From a bacterium (lineage in GTDB: Bacteria > Patescibacteriota > Minisyncoccia > UBA6257 > UBA9933): a stretch of DNA of 52,322 bases. Of this stretch, positions 28,201 through 36,997 are shown in pieces; the stretch's first letter is position 1; each line of letters opens with the position of its first letter. The stretch is taken from positions 1 through 52,322 of the forward strand of contig JAJYNK010000011.1 of NCBI GenBank assembly GCA_021786355.1, written 5' to 3'. The notes beneath the pieces are model-generated. The model was not told where the DNA came from, ran no database searches, and was given only the letters and a program-made list of their open reading frames with translations. A program made the position numbers and the translations under genes.

Positions 28201-29639
28201 TCATATAATTTTCCAATTTCTAAAATATCATTTTCTTTAAAATGTTTGCCTATAAGCTGAAACCCCACAGGCGGGTTCTCCATGGGCCTTGTCGAAATGG
28301 ATATTGCCGGAAGTCCCGCTAAGTTTGCCGGAATGGTAAATATATCCGAAAGATACATTTTCAGAGGATCATCTGTTTTTTCGCCGAAATGGAAAGCCGG
28401 AGTGGGAGAGACCGGAGTTAAAATAACATCAACTCCGCCAGCCGACGGATCAAACGCTTTGTCAAAATCTTTTCTAATTAAATTTCTTACTTTTTGGGCT
28501 TTGGCGTAATAAGCGTCGTAATATCCGGAAGACAAAACAAATGTTCCCAAAATGATTCTTCTTTTAACTTCTGGGCCAAAGCCCTCCCCCCGCTGTCGGA
28601 AATAAATTTCTTTCAAGGTTTCAGTTTGCGATCCGCGGCCCGCTATTCGCGCGTAGCGTATGCCGTCGAATCTGGTTAAATTAGCGCTTACTTCCGCGGG
28701 CATAATAATATAATAGCAAGAAAGAGCGTATTTAGTGTGCGGTAAACTTATTTCTTTAAATTTTATACCGGCTTTTTTTAGCGACTCAATTGCTTCGCTA
28801 ATGGCTTTTGTCGTCTGGTCGTCCAGCCCTTCTTTTATGAAGTATTCTTTTGGCAACCCGATTGTTAAGTTTTTTGTTGTTGTAGGTTGTAGGTTGTCGG
28901 TTGTTAGTCGTTGGGATGTCGCGTCCATCGGGTCAAATCCTTTTATAGCGTTAAATAATATTTCCGCGTCTTCGACTGTTTTGGTTATTGGCCCTATCTG
29001 GTCTAAACTTGAAGCCATCGCCATCAGTCCGTAGCGAGAAACTGCTCCGTAAGTTGGTTTTAGCCCTACTACTCCGCAAAAGCTTGCCGGCTGCCTTATT
29101 GAGCCGCCCGTGTCTGACCCAAGTCCTGCCACAGCCATATCTGCCGCTACAGCGGCCGCGGAACCGCCCGAGGATCCTCCCGGCACTCGGCTTACGTCGC
29201 GAGGATTTTTTGTTTTTTTAAAAGCGGAATTTTCCGTTGACGAACCCATGGCGAATTCGTCCATATTGGTTTTGCCTAAGAAAATAGCGCCCTCATTTTT
29301 TAGCTTTTTTATAACCGTTGCATCATAGCTGGCTTTGTAATTTTCTAAGATTTTTGAAGCCGAAGTGGTAATTTCATTCTCAATCAAAATATTATCTTTT
29401 ATTGCTAAAGGAATTCCCGTTAGAGGGGCGAGTGTTTCTCCTTTTGCCTTTTTTATATCAGCCTCACCGGCTTTTTTTAAGGCGGATTCTTTTAGAAGAG
29501 AGATGTAGGCGTTTATTTCCGGATCTTTTTTTTCGATGTGTTTAAAGTATTCTTCGGCAATTTCAAACACGGAGAATTTTTTATTTTTAAGACCTTCTTG
29601 AAATTTTTTAATAGTCAAATTTGTGAGATTCATATGCAT
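28191..29639 (-). CDS. gatA: Asp/Glu-tRNA amidotransferase subunit A
   Basis: KTNMDEFAMGSSTENS, PGGSSGGSAA, GSDTGGSIRQPA amidase signature; start may be 29633. Confidence 0.97.
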   Translation of the reverse strand: MHMNLTNLTIKKFQEGLKNKKFSVFEIAEEYFKHIEKKDPEINAYISLLKESALKKAGEADIKKAKGETLAPLTGIPLAIKDNILIENEITTSASKILENYKASYDATVIKKLKNEGAIFLGKTNMDEFAMGSSTENSAFKKTKNPRDVSRVPGGSSGGSAAAVAADMAVAGLGSDTGGSIRQPASFCGVVGLKPTYGAVSRYGLMAMASSLDQIGPITKTVEDAEILFNAIKGFDPMDATSQRLTTDNLQPTTTKNLTIGLPKEYFIKEGLDDQTTKAISEAIESLKKAGIKFKEISLPHTKYALSCYYIIMPAEVSANLTRFDGIRYARIAGRGSQTETLKEIYFRQRGEGFGPEVKRRIILGTFVLSSGYYDAYYAKAQKVRNLIRKDFDKAFDPSAGGVDVILTPVSPTPAFHFGEKTDDPLKMYLSDIFTIPANLAGLPAISISTRPMENPPVGFQLIGKHFKENDILEIGKLYESR

Positions 29640-29642
29640 TTC

Positions 29643-29684
29643 AACTCCTAACTCCTAACTACTAACTACTAGCTACTAGCTACT
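29643..29684. repeat. Heptamer tandem repeat between gatC and gatA
   Basis: AACTCCT AACTCCT AACTACT AACTACT AGCTACT AGCTACT. Confidence 0.85.
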
Positions 29685-29979
29685 ATTCAAAAACAGGGGG
29701 TATTTTCAAAAAATCACCTTCTTTTTCAGGAAATAAATTTATTAGTGCTTCCCGACTTTTCGCCAAGTCTTGATTTATTTCATCTTCTCTTGTCATGTTT
29801 TTCAAATCGGTTCCGCCGGCCATTGGGGGAATTTTTTTAGTATCCAGCGCCTGAAGCTCTTCAAAATAATTAAGGATTTTTTTAAGATCTTCAACGAGTT
29901 TATCCTCTTCTTTTTCGGTTATTTTTATTCTGGCCAAATCTGCCAGATGTTCCAAGGTTTTTTTGTCTATTTGAGCCAT
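29683..29979 (-). CDS. gatC: Asp/Glu-tRNA amidotransferase subunit C
   Basis: HLADLARI...ILNYFEELQALDT...REDE...FLKIPPV; upstream of gatA. Confidence 0.94.
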   Translation of the reverse strand: MAQIDKKTLEHLADLARIKITEKEEDKLVEDLKKILNYFEELQALDTKKIPPMAGGTDLKNMTREDEINQDLAKSREALINLFPEKEGDFLKIPPVFE

Positions 29980-30178
29980 TCCCTGTAGTAGAAAAACGAT
30001 ATCAAATTAAATTTTAAAAAATTTAATTTATCCCGTTTATTCTATGATGTAATGATTAGTTTTGGGATTTTTATCTTTTGTCCCGATAAAATAACGATAA
30101 ATGATAAAAGGAATTAATCGTTTTTCACTACGGGGCATTTCTTAGTATTTTATATTTTTTAAGCATTTATGCAAATAA

Positions 30179-30245
30179 AACCCCCGTATCGCAAGGCAAC
30201 AAACCGGCAAGAAACCGGCGAAAACACCTTTATGATGCGGGGGTT
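30179..30245 (-). terminator. Stem-loop downstream of ORF 30273-30605 (possible terminator)
   Basis: AACCCCCGTATC...GATGCGGGGGTT followed on the minus strand by TTATTT. Confidence 0.45.
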
Positions 30246-30272
30246 GGGGTGGTTAGAGGTAATAATCATCTT

Positions 30273-30605
30273 TTATTTCAGTGGGGGTAGGTTTACTATA
30301 TAAGTGTCTTTACTGTCGGTCGTTTCGTGGCTGATTTGAAGATGTCGTAGAACTTTTATGAAAGCCTCCTTCAAGCTCAATACTTCTTTTGTTTTGTCGG
30401 GCTCTTTTTTGTAGTCCACGAAATTGACATACAGTTTCCCATCTCTTTCTTCCGAAGAAACAAGGTTGGGAGAAAATCCTTGAGCCTTGCCCAGTCTTTT
30501 TAATAAAACCACAACCTCTCGCGGGTTTTCTTTAATTGTTGTCGAGTTAAAGCATTTTTTAGAACAAGTCGCCATTTGAGCAAAAAGACTTTGAACTATC
30601 GCCAT
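30273..30605 (-). CDS. Hypothetical protein (ORFan)
   Basis: 110 aa ORF with strong Shine-Dalgarno GAGGGGGTGAG and a downstream stem-loop. Confidence 0.6.
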   Translation of the reverse strand: MAIVQSLFAQMATCSKKCFNSTTIKENPREVVVLLKRLGKAQGFSPNLVSSEERDGKLYVNFVDYKKEPDKTKEVLSLKEAFIKVLRHLQISHETTDSKDTYIVNLPPLK

Positions 30606-30684
30606 AACTCACCCCCTCTTATTTAAAGAATTCTATTCCAATATGCTTTTAAAAGAGTAGCAGGGTAATTTCGAAAAAACAAGA

Positions 30685-31605
30685 TTATTTTCCAATATCG
30701 AAAATTTTAAAAGCGTTTTGAGTTGTTTGCTCGCTCATTTTTTCCAGTGAAATGTTTTTTATTTTCGCCATTTTTTGGGCAGTTTCTTTTATGTAAATCG
30801 GTTCGTTTCTTTTGCCTTTATGCGGTTCGGGCGCGACATACGGGGCGTCGGTTTCCAAAAGAATTTTTTCCAAAGGAATAAATTTTATAATTTCGTCAAA
30901 TTGGCGATTGTAAGTGATTAACCCTCCGAATGTGAAATAAAAACCCATTTCCAAAAGAGTTCTAGCGTCTTCAATGGTTCCGGTAAAAAAATGGATTATC
31001 CCCGGAGGAGTATTTAGGAGTTGGGAGTTAGAACTTAGGATTTGAATTAAGTCGGAGAATGCTTTTGTGGCGGCACCACGCTGAGCGTGGTTGGAGTCGC
31101 GCTCGGCGCGACAATGGATCATTAGAGGTTTATTTAGTTCTTTGGCCAGTTTTATTTGTTGAACAAATGTATTTTTTTGAATTTCTTTCAAATTTTCAAA
31201 TCTTAAATCGTCATTTTTATTTTTTATTTTTAAATTTTTAATTTGAGCGGAGCGATAGTAGTCCAACCCGCATTCTCCGATCGCCACGACTTTTTCGTTT
31301 AAGGCTATTTTTTTATAAAATTCATAATCAAAATTTTCACTTCTCGAATTAAAACCGTTTCCTCCGCCGATTTCTTGCGGATCTAAATGAATGCTGTTGG
31401 TGTGGATCGGGTGAAGCCCGACTGCGGCGTAAACGCCCTCAGAGTATTTATTCGCTAATTCCACCGCTTTTTCAGAGGTGTCTTTTTGGCTGCCTGCGTT
31501 TACTGTCCAGATATTGCTGTCCAGAGTTCTCTTTATAACTTCTTCGCGGTCCTTATCAAAGGCCGAAAATTGAAGGTGGGTATGGGAATCGAATAAGAAA
31601 GGCAT
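30685..31605 (-). CDS. tatD: TatD family deoxyribonuclease (with repeat-derived insertions)
   Basis: DSHTHL, AVGLHP, IGECGLDY, IHCR, HFFTG, LLETDAPY; ATG 31605 preferred. Confidence 0.93.
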   Translation of the reverse strand: MPFLFDSHTHLQFSAFDKDREEVIKRTLDSNIWTVNAGSQKDTSEKAVELANKYSEGVYAAVGLHPIHTNSIHLDPQEIGGGNGFNSRSENFDYEFYKKIALNEKVVAIGECGLDYYRSAQIKNLKIKNKNDDLRFENLKEIQKNTFVQQIKLAKELNKPLMIHCRAERDSNHAQRGAATKAFSDLIQILSSNSQLLNTPPGIIHFFTGTIEDARTLLEMGFYFTFGGLITYNRQFDEIIKFIPLEKILLETDAPYVAPEPHKGKRNEPIYIKETAQKMAKIKNISLEKMSEQTTQNAFKIFDIGK

Positions 31606-31609
31606 AAAA

Positions 31610-31682
31610 TAAGCTGTTAGCTGATAGCTTTTAGACATGAGGTTTAGCTTCCTAAAAGCTAAAAGCTTTAAGCTATAAGCTA
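31610..31682. repeat. Inverted pair of heptamer (CTAAAAG/TTAGCT) repeat tracts between metG and tatD
   Basis: TAAGCTG TTAGCTG ATAGCTT TTAG ... CTAAAAG CTAAAAG CTTTAAG CTATAAG CTA. Confidence 0.75.
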
Positions 31683-33115
31683 TTGAGGCGGGGGAAAAGA
31701 TTCTCTCCTTTTTGGTTATTTTGAATGCTGGTTAAAATTTTATCAGCTGTTTGAGGAAGAAACGGTAAAAGAAGCTCGGCGGATTTTTTGAGTAACAAAA
31801 CCAAGCCAGCCAAAACATCTTTTTTGTTCTCGGGGTTTTCCCAGGGTTTTTCGTTGTTGACTATTGAGTCGCCGTATCCGATAAGTCCCCATATTGTAGC
31901 CAGAGCTTCGTTGAGTTTAAATTCATCTATTTTTTTATTAACGGCGCTCTCCACTTCTTTTATTTTTAAAATTATTTCTTCTTTCGGCTGACAGTCTTTC
32001 AAATCAATTTTTGTGGCAATTGTCAGGACGCGCGCGGAAAAATTTCCCAGTCCGTTGGCTAAGTCGGAATTGTACCGTTCTTTGAGTTTTTCTTCGGTAA
32101 GGTCGCCATCGTCAAGCGTTGGGATTTCTTTAAGCAGATAATATCTTACGGCTTCTGCACCGTATTTTTCTATCAGCTCAAAAGGGGATATAACGTTTCC
32201 CAATGATTTAGACATTTTATGGCCGTTTGAAGTGATGAAACCATGGGTCATTATGGTTTTTGGTATTGGCAATTTTGCCGACAGAAGCATAGCCGGCCAA
32301 ATCGCGGCGTGGAATCTCAAAATGTCTTTTCCTATTAAATGAATATCGGCAGGCCAAAATTTATCGAATAATTCGCTTGAATTAGATCCGTATCCGATTC
32401 CGGTTATATAATTTGGCAGCGCGTCGCCCCACACATAAATAATTTGGTTTTCATCGCCGGGAACCGGAATGCCCCAGGAAAGTTTTTCTTTTATTCTCGA
32501 AAAAGAAATATCTTCCAGCCCGTCGTTTAGGAGCGCGAGAATTTCATTTTTACGGGATTCGGGAACGATATTTAGTTCTCCGGATTTAATTTTTTCTTTT
32601 AATACTTGGGAATATTTGGAGAGTTTAAAAAACCAATTTTCTTCTTCAATAGTTTCGACTTCTTTCAAGTGAATTGGGCATTTATTTCCATCGATAAGAA
32701 CTTTTTTGGTTTTGAATTCTTCGCAGCCAACGCAATAAAGGCCCTTATATTTTCTTTTTTCCAAATCGCCGTTTTCCTCGATTTTCTTCCAAAGTTTGGC
32801 GACTCCCGGCCAGTGTTTTTCTTTGTCCGTGGTCCGGATAAAATAGTCGTTGGAAATTTCTAATTTTTGGCAGAGTGATTTAAATTCGGCGCCGATTTCA
32901 TCTGTGAATTCTTGCGGACTCTTGCCGCTTTTTTTCGCCGCTTCATAAACTTTTTGGCCGTGTTCGTCTGTGCCGGTCAAAAAAAATACATCCTCATTTT
33001 TACTACGATGATATTTGGCTAAAACATCGGCCTGTATGAATTCCAGGGCGTGGCCTATATGAGGGGAAGCGTTTGTGTAGGCAATCGCCGTTGTAATATA
33101 AAACTTCTTTCTCAT
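31673..33115 (-). CDS. metG: Methionyl-tRNA synthetase (short form)
   Basis: FYITTAIAY...PHIGH, TGTDEHGQK, CxxC knuckle, KMSKSLGN. Confidence 0.96.
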   Translation of the reverse strand: MRKKFYITTAIAYTNASPHIGHALEFIQADVLAKYHRSKNEDVFFLTGTDEHGQKVYEAAKKSGKSPQEFTDEIGAEFKSLCQKLEISNDYFIRTTDKEKHWPGVAKLWKKIEENGDLEKRKYKGLYCVGCEEFKTKKVLIDGNKCPIHLKEVETIEEENWFFKLSKYSQVLKEKIKSGELNIVPESRKNEILALLNDGLEDISFSRIKEKLSWGIPVPGDENQIIYVWGDALPNYITGIGYGSNSSELFDKFWPADIHLIGKDILRFHAAIWPAMLLSAKLPIPKTIMTHGFITSNGHKMSKSLGNVISPFELIEKYGAEAVRYYLLKEIPTLDDGDLTEEKLKERYNSDLANGLGNFSARVLTIATKIDLKDCQPKEEIILKIKEVESAVNKKIDEFKLNEALATIWGLIGYGDSIVNNEKPWENPENKKDVLAGLVLLLKKSAELLLPFLPQTADKILTSIQNNQKGENLFPRLNSL

Positions 33116-33149
33116 CAAGAGTTATTGGTTACGAGTTATAAGTTGAAGC

Positions 33150-34172
33150 TTAAACCGCCAGCCGCTGGTGCCGGTGTTTTTTATCGGTCCAGTCGTTTAT
33201 AAGCTCTTGAAACACCGCCGCCACAGGGATTCCTAAAATAAATCCCGTAAAGCCGGCAAGAGTCGCTCCGGCCAGAAGAGCGAAAACAACAACAACCGGA
33301 TGAATATCAACCGTCCTTTTCATGACAATCGGAACTAATAAGTTAGATTCGACTTCATGGAGAATTACGAAAAGTATAAGCACTTTAATTGCTAACGCCA
33401 CAGAAATCGGAACGGCCATTAAAAACGCGACAATTCCCGCGACAATAAGCCCGATATAGGGAATTATTTCCAAAAGTCCGGCCAAAAGTCCTATTGCCAG
33501 ACTAAAATTTACACCTAACGCTTTCATTCCTAAAAAAGTGGCAAAGCCGACTATGAAACTCAAAATAACTTGCCCTTGCAGCCATTTGCCGATTTTTTTC
33601 CTTGTTCGATGAAATACATTAACCGCGTAATCCTCTTGGTTTGACGGCAAGATAGATTTTAAAAAATTTTCAACCCCCTCGCGATTTAATGCCAAGAAAA
33701 AAGAAACGACAACGGTTGTTATTGCTAAAACGATATTTTTAAATATCGAGGGAATCAGGCCGGTGATTGAAAGGTCGCCGTTGAAAAACATGGAAGTCAA
33801 GCGGTCTAAAAATTCCCCCGCGCTTGCCGTTATTCTGGAGATTCCCGGAACTCCGGAAAGCGCGCCCTGCATTTTATCGAGGTTGGCGAAAATATTTCTA
33901 AGCTCGATGATGCTAATCGGTATTATAGTGTAAAGAACTACCGCAAAAAGAAGGAAAAATGTTATAAAAATGAAAATAAGCCCTAAAATTCGGGGGATTT
34001 TGCGTTTTTCCAGAAAGGTCAAAGGCGCGTCAATGGCCGAAGAAATTACTATAGCCAGTAGAAAGACCACAAAAATGTCGCGGATAAGATAAAGGGCAAC
34101 GGCTAAAATCAGCATAAACAGGACTCTCCAAAGCGAGGTCCAAGAAATTTCTATGTGTTGATTTTCTGCCAT
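33150..34172 (-). CDS. AI-2E (PerM/UPF0118) family transporter
   Basis: WLQGQ, LEIIPYIG, ESNLLVPIVM...IHPVVV, GIPVAA; ATG 34172 preferred. Confidence 0.9.
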   Translation of the reverse strand: MAENQHIEISWTSLWRVLFMLILAVALYLIRDIFVVFLLAIVISSAIDAPLTFLEKRKIPRILGLIFIFITFFLLFAVVLYTIIPISIIELRNIFANLDKMQGALSGVPGISRITASAGEFLDRLTSMFFNGDLSITGLIPSIFKNIVLAITTVVVSFFLALNREGVENFLKSILPSNQEDYAVNVFHRTRKKIGKWLQGQVILSFIVGFATFLGMKALGVNFSLAIGLLAGLLEIIPYIGLIVAGIVAFLMAVPISVALAIKVLILFVILHEVESNLLVPIVMKRTVDIHPVVVVFALLAGATLAGFTGFILGIPVAAVFQELINDWTDKKHRHQRLAV

Positions 34173-34274
34173 TGTTTTTATAATAATACCATTAATTTCA
34201 AATAGCAATATTTTTAGTTTTTTTGACTTCAAATAAAGTTTGAAACAAGCCGAATTTCAGTATAATGAAAGAAT

Positions 34275-35561
34275 ATGAAAAGAAAGCGGTTTTATTTTGA
34301 TTACGCCGCCACAACTCCTTTAGATAAAAAGGTTTTTTTAAAAATGAAGCCTTATCTTGAGGATAATTTTGGCAATCCGTCTAATTTGTACGAAGCCGGA
34401 CGCAAAGCCAATCAGGCGGTTGGCGAAGCGACTGATAAAATAACTAAAGCTTTGAATTGCGCGCCTGATGAATTTATTTTCACAAGCGGAGCTACCGAAG
34501 CGGATAATTTGGCGATAGCCGGCATAGCCCGCGCCAATAAAGAGTTTGGCAATAAAATTATAATTTCAGCCGTTGAGCATAAAGGCATAATGTCCGTTTG
34601 CGATGCGCTAAAAAAAGAAGGGTTTGAAATTGTAAAAATTCCGGTTAATAAGTTTGGCTTGGTTGATTTAAAAAAACTAAAAAAAGAAATTAATTCAAAA
34701 ACGATTTTGGTTTCTATAACTTACGCGGACAGCGAAACCGGCACAATTCAACCAATCGCAGAAATAGCCGATATTATAAAAAAATTTAAAGAAAAAAAAT
34801 ATTCTAAACCCTATACCCTCGTGGCTAGTGGCTATCCGCCTTATTTCCACACCGACGCCAGTCAAGCCGCGCCATATCTCGATATTAATGTAAAAAAATT
34901 GGGAGTTGATCTAATGACTTTGTCCGCGCATAAAATTTACGGGCCGAAAGGCATCGGCGGATTATATATAAAAAAAGGAATAAAAATAAAACCCATAATT
35001 TACGGCGGCGGACAGCAAAGTTTGAGATCGGGGACTCAAAATGTTCCGGCAATTGTCGGTTTCGGCGAAGTAATGGCGCTGGCGCAGAAAAATAAAAAAG
35101 CGGAATTTAAACACGTAAAACAATTAAGAGACAAATTGGGAAAAGGAATTTTTAAAACCATTCCTAGGATTATTTTAAACGGCCATCCTAAAAACCGTTT
35201 ACCTAATTTTTTAAATATTTCCGTTTTAGATATTGAGGGGGAAGCGTTATTATTATACTTGGATGAAAAGGGAATTGCGGTTGGTACTGGCTCCGCCTGC
35301 AATTCCGAAAGTCTGGAACCGTCCTATGTTTTAGCCGCGCTTGGCCGGCCTTACGAATATATCCACGGCAGTATCCGGTTTACACTCGGAAAATATACGA
35401 AAGATTCGGACGTGAATTATGTTTTGAAAAATTTGCCTGAAATGGTCAAAAAACTCCGCCAGATTTCCCCTTTGAATTTAAAAATTAAAAATCCTCAAAA
35501 AATCAGCCAGCCAAAAGCCTTTGTCGGAGGCAAAACCCCGCATTTTTTAAAAAAGAAATAA
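34275..35561 (+). CDS. iscS: Cysteine desulfurase (IscS/NifS type)
   Basis: YFDYAATTP, FTSGATEADN, HTDASQ, SAHKIYGPKG, GTGSAC. Confidence 0.95.
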   Translation: MKRKRFYFDYAATTPLDKKVFLKMKPYLEDNFGNPSNLYEAGRKANQAVGEATDKITKALNCAPDEFIFTSGATEADNLAIAGIARANKEFGNKIIISAVEHKGIMSVCDALKKEGFEIVKIPVNKFGLVDLKKLKKEINSKTILVSITYADSETGTIQPIAEIADIIKKFKEKKYSKPYTLVASGYPPYFHTDASQAAPYLDINVKKLGVDLMTLSAHKIYGPKGIGGLYIKKGIKIKPIIYGGGQQSLRSGTQNVPAIVGFGEVMALAQKNKKAEFKHVKQLRDKLGKGIFKTIPRIILNGHPKNRLPNFLNISVLDIEGEALLLYLDEKGIAVGTGSACNSESLEPSYVLAALGRPYEYIHGSIRFTLGKYTKDSDVNYVLKNLPEMVKKLRQISPLNLKIKNPQKISQPKAFVGGKTPHFLKKK

Positions 35562-35564
35562 TAC

Positions 35565-36257
35565 ATGTCAAAAAAATCGTTAACCGCAAAAAAGAAAACC
35601 CCGGACGTTGTTAATAAATTCACCGGCGGAAACTGGGTTTATACAAAAGAAGTAAAAGAACATTTTTTTAAGCCCAAAAATTTATTGTGGGAAAATCCTG
35701 ACAGCGCCAAATTCGACGCTGAAGGAATTGTTGGTTCTCCTGCTTGCGGCGATGTTATGCGCGTGTGGCTTAAAATCGATCCTAAAAAAGACAGGATTAT
35801 TGAATTCAAATGGCGGACATTCGGCTGCGCCAGCGCCATCGCCGCCACTTCCATGCTTTCGGTTATGGCAACCGAGAAAGGCGGCATGAAAATAGACAAA
35901 GCGTTAAAAATTAAGCCTAAAGATATAATGAAACGGCTCGGAGGGCTTCCGGACAGAAAAATTCACTGCTCGGTTTTGGGCGATAAAGCGCTTAGAGCGG
36001 CGATAAACGATTGGTTTAAAAAAACCGGCCAATACGAAAGAATTATCGTGGAAGGTTCACGAGTTATTGACCCGGACACTAAAGTCACGGAAGCGGACAT
36101 CGAATCCGCGGTTATCGAAGGTGTAAAAACAATCGAGGGCCTTCAAAAAAGGACAAAAGTCGGGATCGGAAATCCCGCGTGCCTCGACGAAGCCGAACAG
36201 CTACTGAGATTTTACAGGGAAAAGTATTTCGGGAAAGAAGTCTCATTAACCAATTAG
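35565..36257 (+). CDS. iscU: Fe-S cluster scaffold IscU/NifU-N with degenerate C-terminal BFD-like domain
   Basis: GSPACGDVM, TFGCASAIA, KIHCSVL; C-terminal VTEADIESAV.EG..TIEGLQKRTKVG. Confidence 0.88.
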   Translation: MSKKSLTAKKKTPDVVNKFTGGNWVYTKEVKEHFFKPKNLLWENPDSAKFDAEGIVGSPACGDVMRVWLKIDPKKDRIIEFKWRTFGCASAIAATSMLSVMATEKGGMKIDKALKIKPKDIMKRLGGLPDRKIHCSVLGDKALRAAINDWFKKTGQYERIIVEGSRVIDPDTKVTEADIESAVIEGVKTIEGLQKRTKVGIGNPACLDEAEQLLRFYREKYFGKEVSLTN

Positions 36258-36279
36258 AGTCACTTTTGATAATCTTTAT

Positions 36280-36317
36280 CTATCGGACTATTTGACGATC
36301 GTAAATTAGTACGATAG
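36280..36317. repeat. Palindrome B-up (38 bp, ACGATCGT core) upstream of Cas2-like paralogue 2
   Basis: CTATCGGACTATTTG-ACGATCGT-AAATTAGTACGATAG (12/15 arm pairs complementary). Confidence 0.9.
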
Positions 36318-36320
36318 CAT
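36292..36320 (+). promoter_or_regulatory. Promoter of paralogue 2, overlapping palindrome B-up
   Basis: TTGACG-N17-TAGCAT-N7-ATG. Confidence 0.65.
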
Positions 36321-36327
36321 TAAGTAA

Positions 36328-36897
36328 ATGCGAGGAGAAAAACGGTTAAAAATTTTGGAATTTCTTTCAGAATCAACCCGCACAGCAGGAGATTTATTTT
36401 CTATTTTTACAATGCCGTACGGAACATCACTTTATAGGGGATTGAAAACAGCGGAAAGATATCATCAAGAACGAGAAAATAGAGAGATAGAAAGGAGAGA
36501 ACGGCTAAATTTCAACGATCTAATTTATAGATTAAGAAAAGACGATCTCGTAGAAGAATTTGGGGAAAAAAGAAAAAAATTTTTTCGCCTAACAGATAAG
36601 GGAAAAAATAGTTTGGCAAAGCTTGAGTTAAGAATATTAACTGATAATTACGAGATAAAAAGGGATAATTTAGTGAAAATTGTAGTTTTCGACATACCAG
36701 AGAAAAAAAGGAAAATGCGCGATTGGATCAGAAGAATATTAGTAAATTTGGAATTTAATATGCTCCAAAAAAGTGTTTGGATCGGCAAAACAAAAATTCC
36801 GGAAGAATTTATTAAACAACTTAGGAATCTAAACCTCTTGTCTTATGTGGAAATATTTGAGATAAGTAAAACTGGAAGTTTAAAGCAAATAAAATAA
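36328..36897 (+). CDS. Stand-alone wHTH + Cas2-like protein, paralogue 2
   Basis: FNDLIYRLRKDDLV...FRLTDKG; IVVFDIPEKKRKMRDWIRRILVNLEFNMLQKSVWIGK; ends VEIFEISKTGSLKQ. Confidence 0.85.
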   Translation: MRGEKRLKILEFLSESTRTAGDLFSIFTMPYGTSLYRGLKTAERYHQERENREIERRERLNFNDLIYRLRKDDLVEEFGEKRKKFFRLTDKGKNSLAKLELRILTDNYEIKRDNLVKIVVFDIPEKKRKMRDWIRRILVNLEFNMLQKSVWIGKTKIPEEFIKQLRNLNLLSYVEIFEISKTGSLKQIK

Positions 36898-36904
36898 TTT
36901 TTAG

Positions 36905-36944
36905 CCTATCGGATTAATTCACGATCGTTAATTAATCAGATAGG
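36905..36944. repeat. Palindrome B-down (40 bp, ACGATCGT core) downstream of paralogue 2
   Basis: CCTATCGGATTAATTC-ACGATCGT-TAATTAATCAGATAGG (14/16 arm pairs complementary). Confidence 0.92.
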
Positions 36945-36997
36945 ATAGGAGATATTGGTTAAAAAATAATTAGAGAATAATTATAAAAGTATTAGTT

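Noticed and set aside
29413..29424. TCCCGTTAGA inside gatA as a third CCCGTTAGA element
   Set aside because: It has no partner inverted end and encodes the ordinary PLTGIP amidase sequence.
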